This document shows positions 1 through 9,704 of a DNA stretch of 64,000 bases, in pieces. A program made the position numbers and the translations under genes. Location: IMG/VR virus record IMGVR_UViG_3300024344_003081. The stretch is one strand, 5' to 3'. This DNA comes from a virus. Lineage: Duplodnaviria; Caudoviricetes. The notes under the pieces are model-generated. The model had not been told where the DNA came from, did no database searches, and saw only the letters and a list, made by a program, of their open reading frames with translations. Numbering within the stretch: the stretch's first letter is position 1; each line of letters begins with the position of its first letter.

Positions 1-2
1 CT

Positions 3-2555
3 CGACCTGTAAATATAGAAGTTGTTGATACTAATTATAATGTTATTGTACCAGAATCCACTCAATATGTTGATTCTAATACTGTAAAAATAATTTTTCC
101 CATTGCTCAAGCAGGATTTGCCGCAATAACTTTTGGTGAAGGATCGTCTGGAACTTCTGGATCTTCAGGAACTTCTGGATCTTCAGGAACTTCTGGATCG
201 TCTGGACAAGATGGAAACTTTGGTGGTGCATCTTTTCAATATGTTTTTGAAGATACTTCATTTACAGGATCAGCAAGTGATCCTGGTTCTGGAAGACTTG
301 AAGTAGGTATTGATACTGGATCTGCACCAACTGATTTCTCTACAGTTAATAGACTTTCTATAAGTGAAACAGATTCAAATGGTGCCGATACTGAAAGTTT
401 TCTAGATCAAGTTGATGCATCATCTTCAGCAATTAAAGGTCATATAAGATTGGCCGCACTATTTGATGCTGGTCAATATGTAATGTTTACAGTTGGTGAT
501 CTTACGAATGCAGGAGATTATCAAGAAATAGAAGTTACAAAGATTGGTGGACAAGACGCATTTTTTGCTGATGATGCTGATATACTTTTTACAGTTGCAA
601 GAACTGGTGATGTTGGTACCTCAGGAACTTCTGGATCGTCTGGTAGTTCTGGATCTGCTGGCTCTGCGGGTTCTGCTGGAAGTGCTGGATCTGCTGGCTC
701 TGCAGGAAGTGCTGGATCCGCTGGCTCTGCAGGAAGTTCTGGAAGTGCTGGCTCATCTGGCTCTGCAGGAAGTGCAGGTTCTGCAGGAAGTGCAGGAAGT
801 GCAGGTACTGCTGGAAGTGCTGGAAGTGCTGGCTCTGCAGGAAGTGCTGGATCATCTGGTCGTGATGGCGGATCTTTTCTTCATACTCAATCTACACCTG
901 CACTTGTTTGGTTAATAAGTCACGCTTTAAATATTAGACCTCTAAATGTAGAAATTACTGATACTAATTTTAATATAATTATTCCAGAATCAATTCAATT
1001 TATTGATTCTAATACTGTAAAAGTTATTTTTCCCACTACTCAAGCAGGATATGCGGCACTTACTTTTGGTGAAGGATCGTCTGGAACTTCTGGTTCATCT
1101 GGATTGACTTATGCTTCATCTGGTTCTTCTGGAACTGCAGGAACTACTGGCTCTGCGGGTTCATCTGGATCGTCTGGTTCTGCTGGAAGTGCTGGTTCTG
1201 CAGGGAGTGCTGGCTCTGCTGGAAGTGCTGGAAGTGCTGGATCGTCTGGTTCTGCAGGAAGTTCTGGTTCTGCTGGCTCTGCAGGATCGTCTGGTTTAAC
1301 TTATGCTTCATCTGGTTCATCGGGTTCTTCTGGAGAAACTGGAACTGCTGGATCGTCTGGTTCTGCAGGAAGTTCTGGTTCTGCTGGCTCTGCAGGAAGT
1401 GCTGGATCATCTGGATCTGCAGGAAGTACAGGAAGTGCTGGCTCTGCAGGAAGTGCTGGATCGTCTGGTTCTGCAGGAAGTTCTGGTTCTGCAGGAAGTG
1501 CAGGGAGTGCTGGAACATCTGGAACAGATGGAACTGATGGAAATGCTGGCGGTGCTTACATTCATACTCAATCTTCAGCCGCACTTGTCTGGTTGATAAC
1601 TCATGGTTTAAATACTAGACCTTTAAATATCGAAGTTGTTGATGGTAATTATAATGTTATTATACCAGAATCTACTCAATATATTGATTCTAATACTGTA
1701 AAAATAATTTTTCCCACTACTCAAGCAGGATATGCTGGTCTCACACACGGAGAAGGATCTTCTGGAACATCTGGTACTTCTGGACTAACTTATGCTTCAT
1801 CTGGATCTGCAGGAAGTGCTGGATCTGCAGGGACTTCTGGTGTTTCTGGAAGTCTTCCAGCAGGAGGTGCTGGTCAAATTCAATATTATGCAACATCATC
1901 TACTCTTGGAGCGTATTCTGGATTTCTTGTAGATGATGTTACAACTCCAACTCAGATAGCCATGAATTTTCCAATTTACTCTTCAAGTGGTGCAACTGGA
2001 TTAGCTAATCTTAAAGTACATGGAACATCTGGACTTGATGGAGCAACTACAGTAGGGGGGACTTTAACTACAGTAGATATTCTTCCTTCTGCAAATAATA
2101 CGAGTGATGTTGGTTCAGCAACAATGGTTTATAATGACATGTATGCAGTTACATTTAACGGAAGAGCAACTTCAGCAAACTGGTCTGACTTGGCCGAGAG
2201 ATATGAATCAGATAAAATATATGAACCAGGAACTGTTTTAGCAGTAGGAGGAACAAAAGAGGTCACATTATATCAAGTTGACATGCCTTATGCTGGTGTT
2301 GTTTCAGATAAACCTGGATTGAGAATGAATGATGGTATGATACAAAGAGAAAATGAATTTATGCTTTTTATTTGTTTGAAAGGAAGAATATTAGTTAAGA
2401 TTGAGGGAGGATGTAATAAAGGAGATTTTATTATAGCTTATAAAGATGGAACTGGAAAAGTTATAACTAAATATGAATATGAACCACACAAACATGATTT
2501 AATTGGAATAGCATTAACTAATAGTAATGGTGATTTTGTAGAAGTAAAAGTATGA
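3..2555 (+). CDS. Tail fibre/adhesin-like protein with Gly-X-X (GSA/GSS/GTS) collagen-like repeats, a repeated ~65-aa spacer domain and a C-terminal intramolecular-chaperone (peptidase G2/S74-like) domain; 5' truncated by the window edge
   Basis: The frame of the 450..2555 ORF is open back to position 3 (RPVNIEVVDTNYNVIVPESTQYVDSNTVKIIFP...), so the TTG at 450 is internal. Three copies of the (HTQ..LVW.I.H.LN.)RP.N.E..D.N.N.I.PES.Q..DSNTVK.IFP domain. C-terminal SDLAERYESD..YEPGTV..VGG..EVT...GVVS..PG...N....LKGR motif typical of phage fibre chaperone domains. Confidence 0.75.
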   Translation, partial: RPVNIEVVDTNYNVIVPESTQYVDSNTVKIIFPIAQAGFAAITFGEGSSGTSGSSGTSGSSGTSGSSGQDGNFGGASFQYVFEDTSFTGSASDPGSGRLEVGIDTGSAPTDFSTVNRLSISETDSNGADTESFLDQVDASSSAIKGHIRLAALFDAGQYVMFTVGDLTNAGDYQEIEVTKIGGQDAFFADDADILFTVARTGDVGTSGTSGSSGSSGSAGSAGSAGSAGSAGSAGSAGSAGSAGSSGSAGSSGSAGSAGSAGSAGSAGTAGSAGSAGSAGSAGSSGRDGGSFLHTQSTPALVWLISHALNIRPLNVEITDTNFNIIIPESIQFIDSNTVKVIFPTTQAGYAALTFGEGSSGTSGSSGLTYASSGSSGTAGTTGSAGSSGSSGSAGSAGSAGSAGSAGSAGSAGSSGSAGSSGSAGSAGSSGLTYASSGSSGSSGETGTAGSSGSAGSSGSAGSAGSAGSSGSAGSTGSAGSAGSAGSSGSAGSSGSAGSAGSAGTSGTDGTDGNAGGAYIHTQSSAALVWLITHGLNTRPLNIEVVDGNYNVIIPESTQYIDSNTVKIIFPTTQAGYAGLTHGEGSSGTSGTSGLTYASSGSAGSAGSAGTSGVSGSLPAGGAGQIQYYATSSTLGAYSGFLVDDVTTPTQIAMNFPIYSSSGATGLANLKVHGTSGLDGATTVGGTLTTVDILPSANNTSDVGSATMVYNDMYAVTFNGRATSANWSDLAERYESDKIYEPGTVLAVGGTKEVTLYQVDMPYAGVVSDKPGLRMNDGMIQRENEFMLFICLKGRILVKIEGGCNKGDFIIAYKDGTGKVITKYEYEPHKHDLIGIALTNSNGDFVEVKV
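615..860 (+). repeat. Coding 9-bp-period tandem repeat (Gly-Ser-Ala/Gly-Ser-Ser triplets), block 1
   Basis: ggaagtgct/ggctctgca/ggatctgct units encoding GSAGSAGSS. Confidence 0.9.
1074..1550 (+). repeat. Coding 9-bp-period tandem repeat (Gly-X-X), block 2, interrupted by GLTYASSG motifs
   Basis: Same units as block 1; GLTYASSG occurs twice here and once near 1780. Confidence 0.9.
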
Positions 2556-2572
2556 TATAGAAAGAAAGCAAT

Positions 2573-3115
2573 ATGTCTAGTGAACAACAGGGTGAACATG
2601 CAAAAAATGTAGATGCTCTTTTTAATGAAGAAAGAGGAGCCTGTTATAGAAAAATTTCAGATTCACCATGGTGGTCTGATTTAGATTTTGAAAGCGAACA
2701 AGATGAAGATTTAATGTTTATTGAACTTTGGTCTTCAGTAGTTACTAATGAACACTATAAAGCATATAGAGTGATAACTTCACAAGGTATAGAAGATGAT
2801 GATCCAGAAAGAGAAAATTTAATAAAAGAATTTAGTGAACCAGGTCCAGATTTTGTTCATCCAAGCGTTTTTGTTAGAGGAAGAATATTAAATGATTTTG
2901 AATCATTATCTGTTAAATATGGAGAAGACACATTCGAAACTTATATAAAAAAATTGTATAATGATTATCCCGTGCCTGAAGATCAAGAAACTTTAAATTG
3001 GGTTACAGAAAATAATAAAAATCCTGATTTTTTACTTAATCATAAATGGAAGATTTTATCTGAATTATTGAGTTCAATTCATAATTATTGTGCGAATAAA
3101 GGAATATCATTATGA
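2573..3115 (+). CDS. Hypothetical acidic protein (180 aa)
   Basis: ORF with purine-rich RBS-like upstream sequence; ATGA overlap with the next gene. Confidence 0.7.
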   Translation: MSSEQQGEHAKNVDALFNEERGACYRKISDSPWWSDLDFESEQDEDLMFIELWSSVVTNEHYKAYRVITSQGIEDDDPERENLIKEFSEPGPDFVHPSVFVRGRILNDFESLSVKYGEDTFETYIKKLYNDYPVPEDQETLNWVTENNKNPDFLLNHKWKILSELLSSIHNYCANKGISL

Positions 3116-3696
3116 CTCAAACTGAAAGAATGCGTGTTTTTAAAAAGGCTTGGGTAAAAACAATTGAAAGAACATTGTATTCTCCGAATATTTCAGCAAA
3201 TGCTATAGGAGCTGGTATGTTTCTAGGTGAAGTTTCTATGCAATTATTTCCAGATAATAATTTAACTGAAAAATTAGACTTTTCTGTTGGGGAAAAATAT
3301 GTTGATATGAGATCATTAAAGCACGATATAATTAATTTGACAGGATCAGAAATAATTCCTTTTACAAGTGCAAATGATTTAACTGAATCTATGCGTGGAT
3401 CTAGTGCATTATATCTTCATGGTGAGAATTCTAGATTACTTAAAAAATTAGGAACTCAAATTAATGCATGTGTTCATTTAGGCAATGGTTATTTTATTGA
3501 TAATATGACAGGTAGTTCATTTACTTGGGATGGATATAAATATGATAATGAATTTGAACCTAGATTATTATGGTGGACAAAGATTCATTATAATCCAACA
3601 ATACATATAAATGGTATGTATTGTAGGCCTAACAATTTAGGAGATAATAATGATGAAATTGTGTGGAGAGATTTTTGGGATGGAATATGCCCTTAG
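3112..3696 (+). CDS. Hypothetical protein (194 aa)
   Basis: ORF coupled to neighbours; no recognised motif. Confidence 0.7.
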   Translation: MTQTERMRVFKKAWVKTIERTLYSPNISANAIGAGMFLGEVSMQLFPDNNLTEKLDFSVGEKYVDMRSLKHDIINLTGSEIIPFTSANDLTESMRGSSALYLHGENSRLLKKLGTQINACVHLGNGYFIDNMTGSSFTWDGYKYDNEFEPRLLWWTKIHYNPTIHINGMYCRPNNLGDNNDEIVWRDFWDGICP

Positions 3697-4067
3697 ATCC
3701 TGAAAATAAACTAGAAATAATAGTAAATTTAAGTGTAGCAAATAATGCGTTTGTTATTACAAGTGATATTGAACCTGTTCCTGATATGACTTTTTTTGAT
3801 CATATTAGAATATTTTCTGATCATTTGACTGGTTGGGTAGAACCCAAATCGGATAATTCACATAAATTAGATTTAACTCTTACGAGTAATAATTATTCGA
3901 TTCCCAAATATGTATCTTGCGGAGGACAATGGGGCGAAGCACATTATTGGCATTTTGAATTTAATAATTCAATATATCATGATGTAATAACTATATTAGA
4001 CAATAATAATATTTCATATACAGAAGTGTCAAATACAACTCCTGTGCATGTACGATTGAAATCTTAG
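3687..4067 (+). CDS. Hypothetical protein (~126 aa)
   Basis: ATG at 3687 overlaps the previous stop; more plausible than the track start at 3663. Confidence 0.65.
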   Translation: MPLDPENKLEIIVNLSVANNAFVITSDIEPVPDMTFFDHIRIFSDHLTGWVEPKSDNSHKLDLTLTSNNYSIPKYVSCGGQWGEAHYWHFEFNNSIYHDVITILDNNNISYTEVSNTTPVHVRLKS

Positions 4068-4074
4068 GAATTAT

Positions 4075-4668
4075 ATGGCTGGACCCTTAGCATGTCCTAC
4101 AAATTTGACTAATCTTGCTTCTCAATTAAATGATTTAGTTGAGCAGTCTGATATTAATACAATGAGAACTTCTATCAATGATGAATTGACTAGAAGATCC
4201 ATAACTAATGAAACTTGGGATCCTTATGCCGATCCAATCGCCGCATCAATATTTGATGAAATACAACTCGCAGTTGAATATAATTTAGGAGGAACTACAC
4301 CAACAACAGGTGTACCAATTCAACCAACTGTTTCTGCAGGTGATCTAATTTTAGCATCTCAAATTGAAACGTTAGAATCTAATCTTGATGAATGGAAAGT
4401 TTTATGCGTATGCAATTGTAATTTCTGTCCATGTAATTGTGACTTTTGTCCTTGTAACTGTGATTTCTGCCCATGTAATTGTGACTTTTGTCCTTGTAAC
4501 TGTAATTTTTGTCCGTGTAATTGTAACTTTTGCCCATGTAATTGCAATTTTTGTCCATGTAACTGTAATTTCTGTCCTTGTAACTGTAATTTCTGTCCTT
4601 GCAACTGTAACTTTTGCCCTTGTAATTGTAACTTCTGTCCGTGTAACTGTAACTTCGGTCCAAAATAG
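4075..4668 (+). CDS. Cys-rich repeat protein, putative radical-SAM substrate (RiPP-like precursor or virion protein): ~110-aa N-domain plus 12 x C-[V/P]-C-N-C-[N/D]-F
   Basis: Translation shows 12 heptads with 36 Cys; lies 10 nt upstream of a radical SAM/SPASM gene; SD-like AGGA upstream. Confidence 0.75.
   Translation: MAGPLACPTNLTNLASQLNDLVEQSDINTMRTSINDELTRRSITNETWDPYADPIAASIFDEIQLAVEYNLGGTTPTTGVPIQPTVSAGDLILASQIETLESNLDEWKVLCVCNCNFCPCNCDFCPCNCDFCPCNCDFCPCNCNFCPCNCNFCPCNCNFCPCNCNFCPCNCNFCPCNCNFCPCNCNFCPCNCNFGPK
4405..4656 (+). repeat. 21-bp coding tandem repeat, 12 copies, synonymously diversified
   Basis: 252 nt = 12 x 21; differences mostly at third codon positions (tgt/tgc, aat/aac, ttt/ttc, cca/cct/ccg). 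Confidence 0.95.
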
Positions 4669-4677
4669 AGAAATAAT

Positions 4678-5964
4678 ATGACTCAATCACACAACTTAGA
4701 AACTGTAGCTCCAAATCAAATGTATACACCACCAAGTACAGGGTGGTCTCCTCCACAACAGCAACAGAAGAATAATGGAGGAATGCCTGGCTTTAATCCA
4801 ATGCAGAGTTTTAATTTCGATGTAAACGTAACAAGTGAATGTAATCTTGCTTGTACTTACTGTTCAGAAGGAGAATCTTGTGGTCTTTCTTCTGCTTTTC
4901 AAGAGCCCACAGAAATGACTCCTGTGCAAGTAGTTGAAGCAGTAAGAACCTTAGATTATAACAAATATAAAGATGTAAATGTTTATTGGTGGGGAGGAGA
5001 ACCTTTTGCCAATTTTCATTTTACAAGTACTTGTATGAAATTATTGAAAGATGATAAAAAAGTTAATTTCATGTATTATACAAATGGTACTTATCTGAAA
5101 AAATATAAAAAACAACTTAAAGGTATTAGAGATATGCTTGGTAAGAGAATTGATTATCCTTGGCAAGATAGATTACATATACAAATTTCTTTTGATGGTG
5201 AGCCTATTAATACAAAAGAAAGAAGAACAAAAAAAGGCGAAAGTAAAAAATTATCGGCATCTGTTCTTAAAATATATGATGAGTTGAAAAAAGATGGATT
5301 TTCTGTAGGAATGAAACCTACTATCTCATCACGAAATTTTAAATATCTTTTTGAAGTTTGGAAGTGGCATCATGATCGAGGAGAACATTATGGACCTACT
5401 CCTGATACCCATAGTGTGGATCCAGATAGACCTGATGGCGCAGTTCCAGAAGAAGAATTTGCACAACACATGAAAGATTTAAGAGTGAATTTAATGAAAA
5501 TTGTCAAATATAGCATGGAGAATAAAATAGAATTAGCACAATCTTTTAGATGGTTTAAGAGAGAAAAACAAAATTGTTCAGCAGGAATAAATTATCTATC
5601 ATTGGATCTTGATGGTAAAACTTACCCATGTCATGGTTGTATGTATCGACAAAGGGAAGATCATCATAGAGGAGATATTAAATCTAATACTTTACAAAAA
5701 CTTGTTGATGAAACAACTGCGACATATCAATCATATTTAAATGATTTTAGAACAGATGGTACCTTAGCATGTAATAGTTGTACTGCAGATTTTTGTTTAA
5801 AATGTCCAGCGGGATCTTTTGATGCATCAGATACAAAATATCCAGAAAAAACAGTAGGTGAAAAATGGCAAGATCATACTGCAAATCATCAATTATGTAC
5901 TGTATGGAAAACCTTAGAACCCGTATCTAAAGCATATAGACAATTAACAGGACATCAATTATGA
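4678..5964 (+). CDS. Radical SAM/SPASM-domain protein #1
   Basis: CNLACTYC (CX3CX2C), WWGGEP, YTNG, QISFDG; C-terminal CSAG...DGKTYPCHGC...CNSC...CLKCPAGS...C auxiliary-cluster cysteines. Confidence 0.92.
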   Translation: MTQSHNLETVAPNQMYTPPSTGWSPPQQQQKNNGGMPGFNPMQSFNFDVNVTSECNLACTYCSEGESCGLSSAFQEPTEMTPVQVVEAVRTLDYNKYKDVNVYWWGGEPFANFHFTSTCMKLLKDDKKVNFMYYTNGTYLKKYKKQLKGIRDMLGKRIDYPWQDRLHIQISFDGEPINTKERRTKKGESKKLSASVLKIYDELKKDGFSVGMKPTISSRNFKYLFEVWKWHHDRGEHYGPTPDTHSVDPDRPDGAVPEEEFAQHMKDLRVNLMKIVKYSMENKIELAQSFRWFKREKQNCSAGINYLSLDLDGKTYPCHGCMYRQREDHHRGDIKSNTLQKLVDETTATYQSYLNDFRTDGTLACNSCTADFCLKCPAGSFDASDTKYPEKTVGEKWQDHTANHQLCTVWKTLEPVSKAYRQLTGHQL

Positions 5965-6176
5965 TAATAGGTGATCCTAAAAAGTGCCCAATAGCACTTT
6001 CTGATGGATGTACAACTTGTAGTAAAATTTATAGTGGGGAAGATAGAGTGGAATTTGGTAATTGTCAAGAAGAACCTATTAAAATTAATTTTCATATGAA
6101 ATTTAAAGATCAATTAACTGAGCAACAAAGAAAACAATCTGGTAGAGATCCTTGGAAGGAATTACAATATGCCTGA
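5961..6176 (+). CDS. Small Cys-containing hypothetical protein (71 aa)
   Basis: Overlaps both neighbours; CPIALSDGCTTC motif. Confidence 0.65.
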   Translation: MIIGDPKKCPIALSDGCTTCSKIYSGEDRVEFGNCQEEPIKINFHMKFKDQLTEQQRKQSGRDPWKELQYA

Positions 6177-7395
6177 ATATCATTTAGAAGTGTCAGTAAC
6201 AGAAAAATGTAATCTTGGTTGTCCATATTGTTATGTTGCAAATCAAGACAAATTTATGACACCTGAAGTGTTTGATAAAGCATGGCCTGAATTTATAAAG
6301 TTAGTAGATAGATCAAAGGCTGATGCTAGAGGAAGATTTCATTTAACATTTTTTGGTGGTGAACCTCTTTTAAATATGCCATTAATTAAACACGCTACAA
6401 AAAAATTAAGAGGAGGCGAACATTCTGATAGACTTCATGCATTATCAATTATTTCAAATATGACATTAATAAATGATGAGATTGCTGATTGGTTAGAAGA
6501 AAATCGAGTAGGAATAAGTTGGAGTTTTGATGGAATATCTTCAAATGAGTCTAGACCTGTAATTAAAAATATGGGAGAAAATAAAGGATATTCAAGTGTG
6601 TTTGAAATGTATAATGAAAAACAGCATTTGATTAGAAGACTGACAAAATATAGTAAGACATGTAAAGTGATGATTTTTCCTGCTAATGTTGATGCAATGA
6701 CAGAAAATTTTGAATTTTTAGTTGATTTTGGAATTCCTTGTCCAGATTTTTCTATTGTAAGAGATGATATTTGGTCTATTGATGATTTACAACATTTTAG
6801 AAGAGAGGTTAGAAGATTAGCAGATAAACAAATAGAATATCTTTCTAAAGGAATTTTAGCAGTTAATGGAATGTTTAATTTACCATTACAAGATATGTTA
6901 TTGGGTATTACTAAAAACAAGAGACCATTTGGATGTTTTGCAGGAGTGAGCGGTTCAGTTATGTCAGTAGAAGGAGAATTTTATCCATGTGCTAGATTTG
7001 GATCTAAAAAAGTTTTACCTATGAAAGGAGATGAATATAATTTTTCATATTTTCAACATATTTTTAATCCTAAAACATATAATAAATGTAAGGGGTGTGA
7101 TCTATATAAAGTATGTAATGCAGGTTGTACATATTCGCAGATAAGAAATGGAAATACACCTGTAGATTCTATTTGTGAATTATTTCATATGTACTATGAT
7201 GAAGCAATAAGAATTGTTGAAGAGTGTAAAGATTTTCCAACATTTCAAGATTATATTGGAAAATTATTTAAGGGTCGAGGAGACTTTTATACTCCTTTTG
7301 AAATAGAGGAAAAGAAAGATTTATTTTCTATGCTAGAAGTTTCACAGATGAAACATAGTGAACATCAATCATTTGTGGAATCATTACCAGCATGA
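6169..7395 (+). CDS. Radical SAM/SPASM-domain protein #2
   Basis: CNLGCPYC, FFGGEP, SFDG; SPASM CFAG...EGEFYPC...CKGC...CNAGC...C. Confidence 0.93.
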   Translation: MPEYHLEVSVTEKCNLGCPYCYVANQDKFMTPEVFDKAWPEFIKLVDRSKADARGRFHLTFFGGEPLLNMPLIKHATKKLRGGEHSDRLHALSIISNMTLINDEIADWLEENRVGISWSFDGISSNESRPVIKNMGENKGYSSVFEMYNEKQHLIRRLTKYSKTCKVMIFPANVDAMTENFEFLVDFGIPCPDFSIVRDDIWSIDDLQHFRREVRRLADKQIEYLSKGILAVNGMFNLPLQDMLLGITKNKRPFGCFAGVSGSVMSVEGEFYPCARFGSKKVLPMKGDEYNFSYFQHIFNPKTYNKCKGCDLYKVCNAGCTYSQIRNGNTPVDSICELFHMYYDEAIRIVEECKDFPTFQDYIGKLFKGRGDFYTPFEIEEKKDLFSMLEVSQMKHSEHQSFVESLPA

Positions 7396-8060
7396 TATTT
7401 GATAAACCTGTAATAGATCCAAGAGTTAACCAAGGAGATGGACCACCAAAATATATTCCTGGTCAATTATTAGATAAAAAAGATTTAACAGTATATCAAC
7501 ATAAAGATACTACAATGGTTGTTTTAGATTATGATCAAAAAATTAATGTTGATGTGATGAATGAAGTTTTATATAGAACTATAGAGGGTGGAGCAATAAG
7601 AAAAAATGAATATGTAATTATAGTATCTAAAAAACAATTAAATAGAAAAATGTTTAGAAATGTAATAGATAAAATTCTATATTCACAAGATTTGAGATAT
7701 GATTATATGTCAAGTCTTCCAAAGAATTTACATAATAATGTAATAGATTTTAAAGATACTAAAGAATTAACGGGGGACTTAAATAAATCTACATACGAAG
7801 AAGAAGGCACTTTAAGTTGGGAATTACTTAGTCCGGTTGAACAAGGTTGTATAATATTTGAACAATTTTATGGTGATGATCCTGAAATTGTCGCAGGTAA
7901 AAATATAAGTGCTGAAGAATGGATATCTGCAAATAGAAATGTTTGGCATCTTGTAGATAGAGCAACAGATGAACAGAGAAAAGAGTGGTTAGAAAAGTTC
8001 TATAGATATAAAAAAGTGTATGATACATTTCCAACCGCACCACTTATTACGGAGCCATAA
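7392..8060 (+). CDS. Hypothetical protein (222 aa)
   Basis: Coupled ORF within the rSAM cluster. Confidence 0.7.
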   Translation: MIFDKPVIDPRVNQGDGPPKYIPGQLLDKKDLTVYQHKDTTMVVLDYDQKINVDVMNEVLYRTIEGGAIRKNEYVIIVSKKQLNRKMFRNVIDKILYSQDLRYDYMSSLPKNLHNNVIDFKDTKELTGDLNKSTYEEEGTLSWELLSPVEQGCIIFEQFYGDDPEIVAGKNISAEEWISANRNVWHLVDRATDEQRKEWLEKFYRYKKVYDTFPTAPLITEP

Positions 8061-8323
8061 TGAATAAAGATGAACGAAAAGAAATTTCAGAAAAGGCGGC
8101 CCGTGAAGGTGATATCAATGCAATAATAAAACAATTGCAAGATGAAGAAACTCCTGATAAAGTTCAAGCTAGAGATAAAAATTTACTCAAGAGAAGTTTC
8201 GAATATGAATCCGGAGAAGAGGGAATAGGTCATGAGCCATTATTTAAATATAATTTAGATTTTGCAGGATTAATGAGAAATATGTCCTACATAATTAAAA
8301 AATATAAGGAAAGAAAAAAATGA
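8060..8323 (+). CDS. Hypothetical protein (87 aa)
   Basis: TAATG coupling upstream, ATGA coupling downstream. Confidence 0.65.
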   Translation: MNKDERKEISEKAAREGDINAIIKQLQDEETPDKVQARDKNLLKRSFEYESGEEGIGHEPLFKYNLDFAGLMRNMSYIIKKYKERKK

Positions 8324-9696
8324 GATCCCGTTCAGATAAAATTTGTCCAGAATTTAGTAAATTGGATGATATTATTGATTATGAAAGAGGATTGAATGAT
8401 GGAGAGAGTATATGCAAACCATATACAACCCATAAGATTCATGAATTGGCAACTATTCAGGAACAGAGTCTTGCAAAAAATCCAGATTCAAAAATTAGAG
8501 AAATTTCGAATAGAAAATTAAATGAAGTAGTAAAAGAAAATTTTGAATCTGTTTCAACAGATAGACATCGACATCGTATTGAAGATTTAAAACAGGGAAA
8601 AATAAAAACTGAAGAAGCAACTGTTAGTGAAATTTATGATAGACATTTTACACATGGAGAAAATGAAAAAACAAGAGTTGCACATGGTGGTGCAATTCAT
8701 TTATTTTATATGACAAGTCAATGTAATTTAGATTGTAATTATTGCTATCAGCATTTAGAAGGAAGACCTAAACATTTACCCGAACCTCCTTTAATAGCCA
8801 ATCTTATCGATAATATTATGGAATCAGATAGACCTGATGAACAAACTCTTTATTGTATTTTTGGTGGTGAACCTTTGATGGAATGGGAGAATTGTAGATT
8901 TTTAATGGATTATGCTTATAAATCAAAACATAATTGTCATTTTAATATAACATCAAATGGTATATTATTAAGTAAGCCTGCTTTTTTTAAAAAAGTGACC
9001 ACATATTTAGAAGAGCATCCTGAAATAAAACAAAGAGTTTCTTTTGATATTAGTTTTGATGGAGTTGGAAGTCAAGATAGAGTTTATTATTCTGGGAAAG
9101 ATTCAACTCTTGATGTATTAAAATGTTTTGGTAATATTATGGAATACAATAAAGACAAATCCCGTGAAGATCAAATACGGTGGAGATGTAGATATACTAT
9201 TCATAGATCAAATGTAATGTGTTTTGCAAAAGATATGTTTCATATAGCAACGACATATGGACCAGATAGAGTTGTAACATCTTTAGATAATAAGTGTGCA
9301 GAAGGCGAAACGCCAGAAGATGAAGCAAAAATTAAATGGTTATTAAAAGAACAAATTGATTGGCTTAGAGAAAAATGGAGAAGAAATTTAATAAATTATC
9401 CTGTGTGTAGTTTATTTTGTGATATGTGTAATTCATGTGGAGAAAAGAAAGATCATAGATTTTATTATAGTCAACAAGGTCTTGCTAGAATTCAAAATGT
9501 GAATGTAAGAGTTGGAGAAGAGTTCTTTGATTTTCCAGATGCAGATCCCGAAATAGAAAGAGAATTACCTAAAGCTGGGTTACCAAAAACAATGTTTGAT
9601 CGTTTAGGTATAGTTGATACCTTTGGTCAAGGATCTGGAACAGAACATTTACAAGAAACAAAATTTGCGGAAGACGGAAAAAGTCTTTCTTGTTAG
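8320..9696 (+). CDS. Radical SAM protein #3 with N-terminal extension and short C-terminal Cys cluster
   Basis: CNLDCNYC, IFGGEP, TSNG, ISFDG; C-terminal CSLFCDMCNSC rather than a full SPASM pattern. Confidence 0.88.
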   Translation: MRSRSDKICPEFSKLDDIIDYERGLNDGESICKPYTTHKIHELATIQEQSLAKNPDSKIREISNRKLNEVVKENFESVSTDRHRHRIEDLKQGKIKTEEATVSEIYDRHFTHGENEKTRVAHGGAIHLFYMTSQCNLDCNYCYQHLEGRPKHLPEPPLIANLIDNIMESDRPDEQTLYCIFGGEPLMEWENCRFLMDYAYKSKHNCHFNITSNGILLSKPAFFKKVTTYLEEHPEIKQRVSFDISFDGVGSQDRVYYSGKDSTLDVLKCFGNIMEYNKDKSREDQIRWRCRYTIHRSNVMCFAKDMFHIATTYGPDRVVTSLDNKCAEGETPEDEAKIKWLLKEQIDWLREKWRRNLINYPVCSLFCDMCNSCGEKKDHRFYYSQQGLARIQNVNVRVGEEFFDFPDADPEIERELPKAGLPKTMFDRLGIVDTFGQGSGTEHLQETKFAEDGKSLSC

Positions 9697-9704
9697 GAGA
9701 TATT

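Noticed and set aside
450-452. TTG start given by the ORF track for the fibre gene
   Set aside because: The frame is open to position 3 and encodes another copy of the repeated domain, so the gene starts before the window
76-1596. Alternative-frame and minus-strand ORFs over the tail-fibre repeats (QHF/LQEV-rich)
   Set aside because: Shadows of the 9-bp coding repeat; no RBS, low-complexity translations
3112-3696. Possible transglutaminase/papain-like fold (CVHLGNGYFID)
   Set aside because: No convincing catalytic Cys-His pair; motif too short
4359-4756. Overlapping ORFs (MQGQKLQL..., VTV repeats) and a possible CRISPR reading of the 21-bp array
   Set aside because: They are other frames of the same repeat. 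Units are contiguous with no unique spacers, and variation is synonymous only in the Cys frame
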